Shown piece by piece: positions 1 through 13,500 of a stretch of 51,721 nucleotides of DNA. The DNA comes from Cyanophora paradoxa CCMP329 (Eukaryota > Plantae > Glaucophyta), in contig QPMI01000336.1 in NCBI GenBank assembly GCA_004431415.1, positions 1 to 51,721 on the forward strand. Direction: 5' to 3'. Made by a program: the position numbers and the translations under genes. The notes under the pieces were generated by a model. It was not told the DNA's origin. It worked only from the letters and a program-made list of their open reading frames with translations, and searched no databases. How positions within the stretch are numbered: position 1 is the stretch's first letter; each line of letters starts with the position of its first letter.

Positions 1-1574
1 CTGTCGGCGGACGAATTCCACGGAACGGACGAGCGCACGTCCACCGACCGCTCCTGCGCAACATGTTCAGCACAGAGAGCACTTGTGAAGACCGCAGCAC
101 TCCGGCGGCAAGACTTACACGGCGGCTGGCCGATCGAACCTTGCGAGACCGCGGAAAAAGCCGCCCGGCGCTCAACGGGGATGCCTTCCACGTCTAGGAA
201 CTCTCTGAGAAGCACAAAGCGCATGAGCGCCCAGCAGCTCGCCGGAGACAGGCCATCAGACCTGGTCTGTCCAACTCCAGCTGTAATTCACGGCTTCCGC
301 GGCCTCCCTGCGCGAGAACAATGCACAACAGCAAGCTAGAGGCCCCTAGAAGCTGCTCAAGCGCGGGTTAGGTGCAGTTGAGCCGCTGTTTGAGGCTACT
401 GGCCGTTGGCGAGGGTCTGCGTATACCCCGGACCAGCTGAGTCTACCCTGGGCCCGGGGCTGCGAGCCGTGCCGTTAGCCTTTGCCGTACAGGCTACGGT
501 ACAGCTAGCCGACGACCGAATGTAGCAGCTGGGCAACAGCGCTTGCGTCAGCAGTCAATCGGGCGCACGCGGCGCGTGGCGGTCGCCCTGCAGCTGCAGG
601 TGCACGCTGAGATAGTCGCTGTTCGTGAGCCGCCGCTTCTGGTGGAAGCGCCTCGGAGTACTAGTCGCAACGTTCGCATTGAGAGCCCACGGTTCGCCGG
701 GCCGGGCGTGCGAGACTGCACTGACCACATACGCAGATTGCACACACTGCAGGAGTTTGCGCCACTGTCGCGCGTCGCTCGCTCGGCCACGCGCCTTCGA
801 ACCGACCCCACCACACAGATTCCACGACGCGCTGCCGTGCGTGCCGGTGCGCTTGCGCCCGTATCGCAGGATCTCGCTCTCTTCTTCATGGAAGTGCTGG
901 TGCGGTGCACAGACATACGACTGCCTCGTCCTGGACTCCGGACGCTCGATTTGATCCGAGTCTGTCACGGACCCCACCTGGAGAAACTCATGCTAGAGGA
1001 CTGCACAAGGCGCGCGCCGCTCTGCCTAGTGGCAGAATCTTGTAAACCGTTTGTAAATTGATTGTTTCGCTGTCTAGGATCGAGCCCAGGTCCTGCGCAT
1101 GCGCCACAGCACGGGCTCTTCACGGGCTCGATGTTAGAGCAAGCTGCCTGGTCGCATTCTCACTGAAATCACTGATTTAAATGAAAGGATAATGGATGTA
1201 CATCATGCTGTTCGATTTTCATCCTGTGCGAACGTGCGGCACGTTCAATCTCGATCATGATCACTGATCATGAGTCACAACATCACGAGTGCTAGTTGTA
1301 CTTTCGGCTTGTGGACTGAAACATGATAGTGCGGCACTATGTCGCCCACCGTGGGCCAGCACATCTCATATAATTATAAGATATTAGTCAATTAACTTAG
1401 TTATTAAAGCGTGAATCTCCTCTGGTGGCTTGCTCCGAGGCTCTAGGATCCGGACACGAACGGGGAAAGAGTGCATCTGATTCTGTTCTGCAGAGCCACA
1501 GTGCGCACTGTCGCGCAGCCATGAAGAAGTACATCAAAGCAACACATGCTGACGCGCTAACAAGCCTTGAAGCC

Positions 1575-2330
1575 GCAGAGCCCCCGCTCCGTGCCGCTAG
1601 CCCTGCCCCCGCCCGCCGCGCCCCCGCCCCGTGCGGCGAGCCCCGCCGCCGCCTGCCGCGCCCCCGCCCGTGCGGGCGGCTGCGGCGAGCCCCGCCGCCG
1701 CCTGCCGCGCCCCGCCCCGTGCGCCCCGTGCGGCGAGGCGCGCCGCTACCCGCCGCGCCTCCGCCCGCTCGGCAAGCCGCGCCGCCGCCCGCCGAGCCCC
1801 GCCCGTGCGGCGAGCCGCGCCGCCGCCCGCCGAGCCTCCGCTCCGTGCGGCGAGCTCCGCCGCGCCCGCCGCGCCCGCCCCGTGCGGGGAGCCCCGCCGC
1901 CACCCGCCGAGCCTCCGCCCCGTGCGGCGAGCTCCGCCGCCGCCGCCGCGCCCCGCCCCGTGCCGGGAGCCCGCCGCCACCCGCCGAGCCTCCGCCCCGT
2001 GCGGCGAGCCACGCCGCGGCCCGCTTCGCCACGTGCGGCGAGGCGCGCCGCACCCGCGCGCCTTCGCCCCGCTCAGCGAGCCACGCCGCGCCCGCCGAGC
2101 CCCCGCCCCGTGCGGCGAGCCGCGCTGCCGCCCGCCGCGCCCCGCCCCGTGCGGGAGCCCGCCGCGCCCGCCGAGCCCCGCCCGTGCGGCGAGCCGCGCC
2201 GCCGCCCGCCGCGCCTCCACCCAAGCGGAGAGCCCCGCCGCCGCCGCGTCTGCGCCCGCCCGGTGAGGCGCGCCGCCGCCACCGCGCCTCCGCCCGCCCG
2301 GCGAGGCGCGCCGCCGCCCTGGCGCGGACC
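1575..2330. repeat. Degenerate GC-rich minisatellite (core CCCGTGCGGCGAGCC...)
   Basis: The core cc(c)gtgcggcgagc recurs every ~40-45 bp with variable ccg/cgc filler. Overlapping ORFs are only Arg/Ala/Pro/Gly low complexity. Confidence 0.85.
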
Positions 2331-2336
2331 GCGGGT

Positions 2337-3260
2337 GGGGCTGCACGGGCGGGCTTGGCGTGAGCTGGCGGCGTCAGCGGCGTCGCGGCGTCGTGCCCTC
2401 GCGCCTGAGGCCCTCGGGGCGGCCCGGCGCGGGCTCCTGCGGCGGGGACGCGGCGGGCGGGCGCGGAGCGCGGGCGGGGCTGCACGGGCACGGGCAGGCT
2501 TGGCGTGAGCTGGCGGCGTCGGCGGCGTCGCGACGTCGTCCTTCGCGCCCGAGGCCCTCGGGGGCGGCCCGGCGCGGGCTCCTGCGGCGGGGCGCTCGGC
2601 GGGCGGGCGCGGAGCGCGGGCGGGGCTGCACGGGCGGGCTTGGCGTGAGCTGGCGGCGTCAGCGGCGTCGCGGCGTCGTGCCCTCGCGCCTGAGGCCCTC
2701 GGGGCGGCCCGGCGCGGGCTCCTGCGGCGGGGCGCTCGGCGGGCGGGCGCGGAGCGCGGGCGGGGCTGCACGGGCGGGCTTGGCGTGAGCTGGCGGCGTC
2801 AGCGGCGTCGCGGCGTCGTGCCCTCGCGCCTGAGGCCCTCGGGGGCGGCCCGGCGCGGGCTCCTGCGGCGGGGACGCGGCGGGCGGGCGCGGAGCGCGGG
2901 TGGGGCTGCACGGGCGGGCTTGGCGTGAGCTGGCGGCGTCAGCGGCGTCGCGGCGTCGTGCCTCGCGCCTGAGGCCCTCGGGGGCGGCCGGCGCGGGCTC
3001 CTGCGGCGGGGGACGCGGCGGGCGGGCGCGGAGCGCGGGCGGACTGCACGGGCACGTGCAGGCTTGGCGTGAGCTGGCGGCGTCGGCGGCGTCGCGACGT
3101 CGTCCCTTCGCGCCCGAGGCCCTCGGGGGCGGCCCGGCGCGGGCTCCTGCGGCGGGGCGCTCGGCGGGCGGGCGCGGAGCGCGGGCGGGGCTGCACGGGA
3201 ACGGGCGGGCTTGGCGTGAGCTGGCGGCGTCGGCGGGCGGCGGGCGGGCGCAGAACGCGG
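2337..3260. repeat. Tandem satellite, ~140-146 bp unit, ~6.5 copies
   Basis: The unit ggggctgcacgggc...ggcttggcgtgagctggcggcgtc...gaggccctcgggggcggcccggcgcgggctcctgcggcgggg starts near 2337, 2477, 2622, 2762, 2902, 3041 and 3187. Confidence 0.92.
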
Positions 3261-4590
3261 GCGCCCGCCCGCCCAGCGATCCCTACCAAGTGAGGGAGCA
3301 GCCGGCGAACTAGAGCGAACCAGGCTAACGCACCTCGCATCGATTGCAGAATCGTATCCAGGTCCGGAATAGCCTGGAATACAGCCGTAGTCCTCGTCCT
3401 CGTTGCTGCACAGGAACCTGCGCACCGTGAGCAATCGAACAGCAAGGTACGAGGGAGCTCACTTTCACTTCTTTAGCCGGCGCTTCAGTGTACCGGCGGA
3501 AGCAAGCGGCACGACAGTACTAGTGTACCCCAGCGGGCCGCAGGAGCGCAGAAATCGCGGGCTCTAGCGGCGCGAACGCGATCTATGCAGAGTACCTGAC
3601 GCTCGCGCTGCTTAGAGGCGCTGGCGCGGCCCGCCGGGACGCTGCCTGTGAGGCGCGCGGTCGGCACCCCTATCGGGAAGCCTGCCGCGCCCCACGCACG
3701 CAGCAAGGACGATAGAACAACCATAGCTAGCGTTCGGGAGCAATCGGGAAGCCGCCAGCGCTGGTCGACTCGTCGGCTGCATCCGAGCTCCGGGGCTGCG
3801 CCTGCGCTGCTAAACGTAGCTATGACCCTTAAGGATCTGCGCTAGCGCACTGGGCGGGCTCCCGGGGCGCCCCGCGCCCCGGCGCCCGGCGCCGCCAGCA
3901 GCAGCACGTTCTCTGTGGACAGCTCTCGACAGCGCCGCGGTCGATCGGGACAGCTTTGTGATCGCTATGTGAACAATCGCCACTATCGGGACACCAAAGA
4001 TGTCAAAACATCGGGAAATTGCGAACGAAGTGGGAACTTTGGTGTTCTCATCGATGATGGTTACAATTTTTGCCAGCAAGTCTTGGAGTTCTAAGCGTTC
4101 GGGAATGGGGGTGGAACCAGTAGTGATCGCAGACGCGGGCGCACGCGGGGTGCCGAATGAGCGGACAAGCGCCACGTCGTGCGCAGCACACGAACTATAG
4201 CTAGTCTGCTGTCCGGGTGCCGATCGCAACAAGAGCGCCGAGCGCCCCGCCCGGCCGGCGTGCTCGGCTGGCACACGCGGTTCTGCAATATAAGCTCGAT
4301 ATAAGCTCGATATAAGCGCAGCAAGAGAGTACGGTCTAGATCTGGCCGGCGGGGCGTGCTCGGCTGCGATCAGCTGCAGCGGCGCAGGCAGCAACGCGAG
4401 CAGTTTCTAGCCTAGTAGGAAGCGGAAATCTAGAGGAGACGTTGACAGGTAGAGAGAAGTGGTTCCATGCAGAACCGCGCAACGAAGAGCAAGGCGTACG
4501 CGACGCACTGCGAGGAAGCCGAAATCTAGAGGAGACAGCTAGGGAGAACTGGTTCCATGCAGAACCGCGCAAGGAATTCGAAGACCGGAG

Positions 4591-7500
4591 TTAGAGAGAA
4601 GTTAGTTTTCCCCTCGAAAACCACTTTTTCCCCTCGAAAACCACTTTTTCCCCTCGAATTCGACGCTCGAAAGTCGAGGGCTGACGAGAGACGACCGGGC
4701 TCGGCGGAAGGTCCGCGATTTCGTACTCAGTGACCGTCGGCGCGACCGACGCGACTGTCGCGCCGTTGACAATGACGTTGTAGCCCTGGAGGCGGCCGGC
4801 ACTGAAGGCCTTGCCCGTGGGCCGGTTCCACTTCAGGGTGGCGCTGCTCGCGGAGCTGGGCGCGGCGGAGAGCTGCAGGGCGGAGCTCGGGTCCGACGGG
4901 GCGCTCGCTGCCAGCTGGAACGAAGCTGTCTCGGCGGCGCCAGACGGGCCCATGGGTACGACCTTCAATAAAAAGAAATCAGCCTGGCAGCAGACGGGAT
5001 CTGGAAGATACGGAAAAAATATTTCAAAGACCTGGTACTTCGTAGTGGAGCCCGGAATAGCGGCCGGGACGAGGACGGTAGTCTGGGTCCCTGGAACCAC
5101 GGTGATGACCTGCGCGAAATAATATACCATGATAAGCCCATTTGATGAAAAGTCCATCATTCGACAATTCAAGATACGTAAGCGCAAATGTTGGATGTAC
5201 CTTGCCGTTCGCCATCACAGCATACGTGTTAGCGGGGCCGCGCGCGGGGTGGCTCCATGATAGCGCGCTGCTGCCGCCGCGTCCGCCAGCGCTAGTAGAA
5301 GTGAGGCGTAGATTCGAGGGAGCCTTTTCGTCAGGGGCCGCCCCGGAAGCACCCACAGCGGCCAGGCTCGCAGCCGACGGCACTGCGTACGGGTCTGTGC
5401 TGCTGGCGAACGCGCCTGCTGCAGGCGAGGTCGAGGTCGCCCGACCGGAGGGGCCGCTGCGCGGACCCGCTGCCGTGGCGTACAGGCCGTCCGAGCCCGA
5501 CGCTGCGCCTCCATACCCGGCGCCGCTCAGGGCAGCCGCTCCCACGCCAGCGTACGGGCCCGTCCCGAAGCCGGATCCGGAGCCGCTGCTGACTGGGTTC
5601 GAGGCCGGGCCGAGCGCGCCGTTGGCCGCGACCGGCGCAACCTGGTAGACGCTGCCGGGCTCGCCGCTCCTCGGCGAGACGTCGAAGGAGGTCTGGCTGG
5701 CCGGGACGGTGCCGAGGACCTTGCCGTCGCCGATCACCGCGTAGCTTGCGGGGCTGCCCGCGCGAGGGCGGCTCCACGAGAGGCGGCCCGACGAGCCGAA
5801 GAGGCCCGGCGAGGTCGTGAGCTGCAGGTTCGACGGCGCCATGTCCGCGGGGCTCGCGGGCCCGCGCCGGAGCCGGCCGGGTAGGAGGCCAGCGGCACGC
5901 TGTTGCTCGGGGCCCGCGGGGCTGCCCGACGACGAGAGCGGCACCACCGAGAAGTACGAGTTGGCCGCCGCGCTCGGGCTGAGGCCCTTGGGCGCAAACG
6001 TAGTGACGCCCGACGGCGAGGCCTTGACGGTCGCAACCTGGCGGCCGTCCTGCAGGACGCCGAAGCTGCCGCGCGAAATCGCGTCAGCGCCCGGACCACC
6101 GCGAAACGCGCGCGAATCGCGCGTCCCGCACCTCGCGACGTTGCCCAGGCCGCTCGGCGAGGTCCACGCGAGCAGCGCGCTCGGGCTGGAGCCCGAGCCC
6201 GCCGGCGTCGAGGTCAGCGCGATGCCGGAGCTCGGGTCGCTCGGGAGCGAGGCCGCGAGCGGCGACGAGACCGGGCCCGCGACGCCGTTGCTGTCGAACG
6301 GCACCACCTGCAGGGTCGAGGCGCCGCCGTTGGTCGGCAGGCCTGAGAGCGGGGCCGAGGTCTGGTTGCCCGCGACCGACGCCACGGGCTTGCCGTCCTG
6401 GAGGACAGTGTACGACGCGGGCGAGCCCGAGGCGGACGCTTCCACGAGAGGGTGGCGGAGCCGGAGCCGGAGCCGCTGCCGGTGAAGCTGCTGAGGCGAG
6501 GCTCGACGGGGCGAGCGGGCTGGGGGCGGGGGCGTCCACGCCGGAGCCGGCGATGCCCGCGCCGGGGCCGGAAGCGGGGCCGTACGGGCCGGCACCAGCG
6601 CCAACAAAGCCAGGCGCGCTAGCGCCGCTGTAGGCGGGCGCAGGGCCGAGCCGCTGGAGGCGGGGTTCGAGGCCGGGCCGAGCGCGCCGTTGGCCGCGAC
6701 CGGCGCAACCTGGTAGACGCTGCCGGGCTCGCCGCTCCTCGGCGAGACGTCGAAGGAGGTCTGGCTGGCCGGGACGGTGCCGAGGACCTTGCCGTCGCCG
6801 ATCACCGCGTAGCTTGCGGGGCTGCCCGCGCGAGGGCGGCTCCACGAGAGGCGGCCCGACGAGCCGAAGAGGCCCGGCGAGGTCGTGAGCTGCAGGTTCG
6901 ACGGCGCCATGTCCGCGGGGCTCGCGGGGCCCGCGCCGGAGCCGGCCGGGTAGGAGGCCAGCGGCACGCTGTTGCTCGGGGGCCCCGCGGGGCTGCCCGA
7001 CGACGAGAGCGGCACCACCGAGAAGTACGAGTTGGCCGCCGCGCTCGGGCTGAGGCCCTTGGGCGCAAACGTAGTGACGCCCGACGGCGAGGCCTTGACG
7101 GTCGCAACCTGGCGGCCGTCCTGCAGGACGCCGAAGCTGCCGCGCGAAATCGCGTCAGCGCCCCGGACCACCGCGAAACGCGCGCGAATCGCGCGTCCCG
7201 CACCTCGCGACGTTGCCCAGGCCGCTCGGCGAGGTCCACGCGAGCAGCGCGCTCGGGCTGGAGCCCGAGCCCGCCGGCGTCGAGGTCAGCGCGATGCCGG
7301 AGCTCGGGTCGCTCGGGAGCGAGGCCGCGAGCGGCGACGAGACCGGGCCCGCGACGCCGTTGCTGTCGAACGGCACCACCTGCAGGGTCGAGGCGCCGCC
7401 GTTGGTCGGCAGGCCTGAGAGCGGGGCCGAGGTCTGGTTGCCCGCGACCGACGCCACGGGCTTGCCGTCCTGGAGGACAGTGTACGACGCGGGCGAGCCC

Positions 7501-10500
7501 GAGGCCGGACGCTTCCACGAGAGGGTGGCGGAGCCGGAGCCGGAGCCGCTGCCGGTGAAGCTGCTGAGGGCGAGGCTCGACGGGGCGAGCGGGCTGGGGC
7601 GGGGGCGTCCACGCCGGAGCCGGCGATGCCCGCGCCGGGGCCGGAAGCGGGGCCGTACGGGCCGGCACCAGCGCCAACAAAGCCAGGCGCGCTAGCGCCG
7701 CTGTAGGCGGGCGCAGGGCCCGAGCCGCTGGAGGCGGGGTTCGAGGCCGGGCCGAGCGCGCCGTTGGCCGCGACCGGCGCAACCTGGTAGACGCTGCCGG
7801 GCTCGCCGCTCCTCGGCGAGACGTCGAAGGAGGTCTGGCTGGCCGGGACGGTGCCGAGGACCTTGCCGTCGCCGATCACCGCGTAGCTTGCGGGGCTGCC
7901 CGCGCGAGGGCGGCTCCACGAGAGGCGGCCCGACGAGCCGAAGAGGCCCGGCGAGGTCGTGAGCTGCAGGTTCGACGGCGCCATGTCCGCGGGGCTCGCG
8001 GGGCCCGCGCCGGAGCCGGCCGGGTAGGAGGCCAGCGGCACGCTGTTGCTCGGGGGCCCCGCGGGGCTGCCCGACGACGAGAGCGGCACCACCGAGAAGT
8101 ACGAGTTGGCCGCCGCGCTCGGGCTGAGGCCCTTGGGCGCAAACGTAGTGACGCCCGACGGCGAGGCCTTGACGGTCGCAACCTGGCGGCCGTCCTGCAG
8201 GACGCCGAAGCTGCCGCGCGAAATCGCGTCAGCGCCCCGGACCACCGCGAAACGCGCGCGAATCGCGCGTCCCGCACCTCGCGACGTTGCCAGGCCGCTC
8301 GGCGAGGTCCACGCGAGCAGCGCGCTCGGGCTGGAGCCCGAGCCCGCCGGCGTCGAGGTCAGCGCGATGCCGGAGCTCGGGTCGCTCGGGAGCGAGGCCG
8401 CGAGCGGCGACGAGACCGGGCCCGCGACGCCGTTGCTGTCGAACGGCACCACCTGCAGGGTCGAGGCGCCGCCGTTGGCCGGCAGGCCTGAGAGCGGGGC
8501 CGAGGTCTGGTTGCCCGCGACCGACGCCACGGGCTTGCCGTCCTGGAGGACAGTGTACGACGCGGGCGAGCCCGAGGCCGGACGCTGCCACGAGAGGGTG
8601 GCGGAGCCGGAGCCGGAGCCGCTGCCGGTGAAGCTGCTGAGGGCGAGGCTCGACGGGGCGAGCGGGCTGGGGGCGGGGGCGTCCACGCCGGAGCCGGCGA
8701 TGCCCGCGCCGGGGCTGGATGGACCGGAGGGCACAAAGCTGCCAGAGGAAAGGCCGGCAGGGGCGGGGGAACGCGAGGTCGCCCGACCGGAGGGGCCGCT
8801 GCGCGGACCCGCTGCCGTGGCGTACAGGCCGTCCGAGCCCGACGCTGCGCCGCCATACCCGGCGCCGCTCAGGGCAGCCGCTCCCACGCCAGCGTACGGG
8901 CCCGTCCCGAAGCTGGATCCGGAGCCGCTGCCGACTGGGTTCGAGGCCGGGCCGAGCGCGCCGTTGGCCGCGACCGGCGCAACCTGGTAGACGCTGCCGG
9001 GCTCGCCGCTCCTCGGCGAGACGTCGAAGGAGGTCTGGCTGGCCGGGACGGTGCCGAGGACCTTGCCGTCGCCGATCACCGCGTAGCTTGCGGGGCTGCC
9101 CGCGCGAGGGCGGCTCCACGAGAGGCGGCCCGACGAGCCGAAGAGGCCCGGCAAGGTCGTGAGCTGCAGGTTCGACGGCGCCATGTCCGCGGGGCTCGCG
9201 GGGCCCGCGCCGGAGCCGGCCGGGTAGGAGGCCAGCGGCACGCTGTTGCTCGGGGGCCCCGCGGGGCTGCCCGACGACGAGAGCGGCACCACCGAGAAGT
9301 ACGAGTTGGCCGCCGCGCTCGGGCTGAGGCCCTTGGGCGCAAACGTAGTGACGCCCGACGGCGAGGCCTTGACGGTCGCAACCTGGCGGCCGTCCTGCAG
9401 GACGCCGAAGCTGCCGCGCGAAATCGCGTCAGCGCCCCGGACCACCGCGAAACGCGCGCGAATCGCACGTCCCGCACCTCGCGACGTTGCCCAGGCCGCT
9501 CGGCGAGGTCCACGCGAGCAGCGCGCTCGGGCTGGAGCCCGAGCCCGCCGGCGTCGAGGTCAGCGCGATGCCGGAGCTCGGGTCGCTCGGGAGCGAGGCC
9601 GCGAGCGGCGACGAGACCGGGCCCGCGACGCCGTTGCTGTCGAACGGCACCACCTGCAGGGTCGAGGCGCCGCCGTTGGTCGGCAGGCCTGAGAGCGGGG
9701 CCGAGGTCTGGTTGCCCGCGACCGACGCCACGGGCTTGCCGTCCTGGAGGACAGTGTACGACGCGGGCGAGCCCGAGGCCGGACGCTTCCACGAGAGGGT
9801 GGCGGAGCCGGAGCCGGAGCCGCTGCCGGTGAAGCTGCTGAGGGCGAGGCTCGACGGGGCGAGCGGGCTGGGGGCGGGGGCGTCCACGCCGGAGCCGGCG
9901 ATGCCCGCGCCGGGGCCGGAAGTGGGGCCGTACGGGCCGGCACCAGCGCCAACAAAGCCAGGCGCGCTAGCGCCGCTGTAGGCGGGCGCAGGGCCCGAGC
10001 CGCTGGAGGCGGGGTTCGAGGCCGGGCCGAGCGCGCCGTTGGCCGCGACCGGCGCAACCTGGTAGACGCTGCCGGGCTCGCCGCTCCTCGGCGAGACGTC
10101 GAAGGAGGTCTGGCTGGCCGGGACGGTGCCGAGGACCTTGCCGTCGCCGATCACCGCGTAGCTTGCGGGGCTGCCCGCGCGAGGGCGGCTCCACGAGAGG
10201 CGGCCCGACGAGCCGAAGAGGCCCGGCGAGGTCGTGAGCTGCAGGTTCGACGGCGCCATGTCCGCGGGGCTCGCGGGGCCCGCGCCGGAGCCGGCCGGGT
10301 AGGAGGCCAGCGGCACGCTGTTGCTGGGGGGCCCCGCGGGCTGCCCGACGACGAGAGCGGCACCACCGAGAAGTACGAGTTGGCCGCCGCGCTCGGGCTG
10401 AGGCCCTTGGGCGCAAACGTAGTGACGCCCGACGGCGAAGCCTTGACGGTCGCAACCTGGCGGCCGTCCTGCAGGACGCCGAAGCTGCCGCGCGAAATCG

Positions 10501-13500
10501 CGTCAGCGCCCCGGACCACCGCGAAACGCGCGCGAATCGCGCGTCCCGCACCTCGCGACGTTGCCCAGGCCGCTCGGCGAGCTCCACGCGAGCAGCGCGC
10601 TCGGGCTGGAGCCCGAGCCCGCCGGCGTCGAGGTCAGCGCGATGCCGGAGCTCGGGTCGCTCGGGAGCGAGGCCGCGAGCGGCGACGAGACCGGGCCCGC
10701 GACGCCGTTGCTGTCGAACGGCACCACCTGCAGGGTCGAGGCGCCGCCGTTGGTCGGCAGGCCTGAGAGCGGGGCCGAGGTCTGGTTGCCCGCGACCGAC
10801 GCCACGGGCTTGCCGTCCTGGAGGACAGTGTACGACGCGGGCGAGCCCGAGGCCGGACGCTTCCACGAGAGGGTGGCGGAGCCGGAGCCGGAGCCGCTGC
10901 CGGTGAAGCTGCTGAGGGCGAGGCTCGACGGGGCGAGCGGGCTGGGGGCGGGGGCGTCCACGCCGGAGCCGGCGATGCCCGCGCCGGGGCTGGATGGACC
11001 GGAGGGCACAAAGCTGCCAGAGGAAAGGCCGGCAGGGGCGGGGGAAGGCGAGGTCGCCCGACCGGAGGGGCCGCTGCGCGGACCCGCTGCCGTGGCGTAC
11101 AGGCCGTCCGAGCCCGACGCTGCGCCGCCATACCCGGCGCCGCTCAGGGCAGCCGCTCCCACGCCAGCGTACGGGCCCGTCCCGAAGCTGGATCCGGAGC
11201 CGCTGCCGACTGGGTTCGAGGCCGGGCCGAGCGCGCCGTTGGCCGCGACCGGCGCAACCTGGTAGACGCTGCCGGGCTCGCCGCTCCTCGGCGAGACGTC
11301 GAAGGAGGTCTGGCTGGCCGGGACGGTGCCGAGGACCTTGCCGTCGCCGATCACCGCGTAGCTTGCGGGGCTGCCCGCGCGAGGGCGGCTCCACGAGAGG
11401 CGGCCCGACGAGCCGAAGAGGCCCGGCGAGGTCGTGAGCTGCAGGTTTGACGGCGCCATGTCCGCGGGGCTCGCGGGGCCCGCGCCGGAGCCGGCCGGGT
11501 AGGAGGCCAGCGGCACGCTGTTGCTCGGGGGCCCCGCGGGGCTGCCCGACGACGAGAGCGGCACCACCGAGAAGTACGAGTTGGCCGCCGCGCTCGGGCT
11601 GAGGCCCTTGGGCGCAAACGTAGTGACGCCCGACGGCGAGGCCTTGACGGTCGCAACCTGGCGGCCGTCCTGCAGGACGCCGAAGCTGCCGCGCGAAATC
11701 GCGTCAGCGCCCCGGACCACCGCGAAACGCGCGCGAATCGCGCGTCCCGCACCTCGCGACGTTGCCCAGGCCGCTCGGCGAGGTCCACGCGAGCAGCGCG
11801 CTCGGGCTGGAGCCCGAGCCCGCCGGCGTCGAGGTCAGCGCGATGCTGGAGCTCGGGTCGCTCGGGAGCGAGGCCGCGAGCGGCGACGAGGCCGGGCCCG
11901 CGACGCCGTTGCTGTCGAACGGCACCACCTGCAGGGTCGAGGCGCCGCCGTTGGTCGGCAGGCCTGAGAGCGGGGCCGAGGTCTGGTTGCCCGCGACCGA
12001 CGCCACGGGCTTGCCGTCCTGCAGGACAGTGTACGACGCGGGCGAGCCCGAGGCCGGACGCTTCCACGAGAGGGTGGCGGAGCCGGAGCCGGAACCGCTG
12101 CCGGTGAAGCTGCTGAGGCGAGGCTCGACGGGGCGAGCGGGCTGGGGGCGGGGCGTCCACGCCGGAGCCGGCGATGCCCGCGCCGGGCTGGATGGACCGG
12201 AGGGCACAAAGCTGCCAGAGGAAAGGCCGGCAGGGGCGGGGGAAGGCGAGGTCGCCCGACCGGAGGGGCCGCTGCGCGGACCCGCTGCCGTGGCGTACAG
12301 GCCGTCCGAGCCCGACGCTGCGCCGCCATACCCGGCGCCGCTCAGGGCAGCCGCTCCCACGCCAGCGTACGGGCCCGTCCCGAAGCCGGATCCGGAGCCG
12401 CTGCCGACTGGGTTCGATGCCGGGCCGAGCGCGCCGTTGGCCGCGACCGGCGCAACCTGGTAGACGCTGCCGGGCTCGCCGCTCCTCGGCGAGACGTCGA
12501 AGGAGGTCTGGCTGGCCGGGACGGTGCCGAGGACCTTGCCGTCGCCGATCACCGCGTAGCTTGCGGGGCTGCAAGCGCGAGGGCGGCTCCACGAGAGGCG
12601 GCCCGACGAGCCGAAGAGGCCCGGCGAGGTCGTGAGCTGCAGGTTCGACGGCGCCATGTCCGCGGGGCTCGCGGGGCCCGCGCCGGAGCCGGCCGGGTAG
12701 GAGGCCAGCGGCACGCTGTTGCTGGGGGGCCCCGCGGGGCTGCCCGACGACGAGAGCGGCACCACCGAGAAGTACGAGTTGGCCGCCGCGCTCGGGCTGA
12801 GGCCCTTGGGCGCAAACGTAGTGACGCCCGACGGCGAGGCCTTGACGGTCGCAACCTGGCGGCCGTCCTGCAGGACGCCGAAGCTGCCGCGCGAAATCGC
12901 GTCAGCGCCCCGGACCACCGCGAAACGCGCGCGAATCGCACGTCCCGCACCTCGCGACGTTGCCCAGGCCGCTCGGCGAGGTCCACGCGAGCAGCGCGCT
13001 CGGGCTGGAGCCCGAGCCCGCCGGCGTCGAGGTCAGCGCGATGCCGGAGCTCGGGTCGCTCGGGAGCGAGGCCGCGAGCGGCGACGAGACCGGGCCCGCG
13101 ACGCCGTTGCTGTCGAACGGCACCACCTGCAGGGTCGAGGCGCCGCCGTTGGTCGGCAGGCCTGAGAGCGGGGCCGAGGTCTGGTTGCCCGCGACCGACG
13201 CCACGGGCTTGCCGTCCTGGAGGACAGTGTACGACGCGGGCGAGCCCGAGGCCGGACGCTTCCACGAAAGGGTGGCGGAGCCGGAGCCGGAGCCGCTGCC
13301 GGTGAAGCTGCTGAGGGCGAGGTTCGACGGGGCGAGCGGGCTGGGGGCGGGGGCGTCCACGCCGGAGCCGGCGATGCCCGCGCCGGGGCCGGAAGCGGGG
13401 CCGTACGGGCCGGCACCAGCGCCAACAAAGCCAGGCGCGCTAGCGCCGCTGTAGGCGGGCGCAGGGCCCGAGCCGCTGGAGGCGGGTTCGAGCCGGGCCG

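Noticed and set aside
1-1061. ORFs at the left edge as a gene or retroelement fragment
   Set aside because: No recognisable motif and no consistent splice model could be built.
1397-3313. Long ORFs (up to 504 aa) across the satellites
   Set aside because: Low-complexity translations open in several frames on both strands, with no domain signal.
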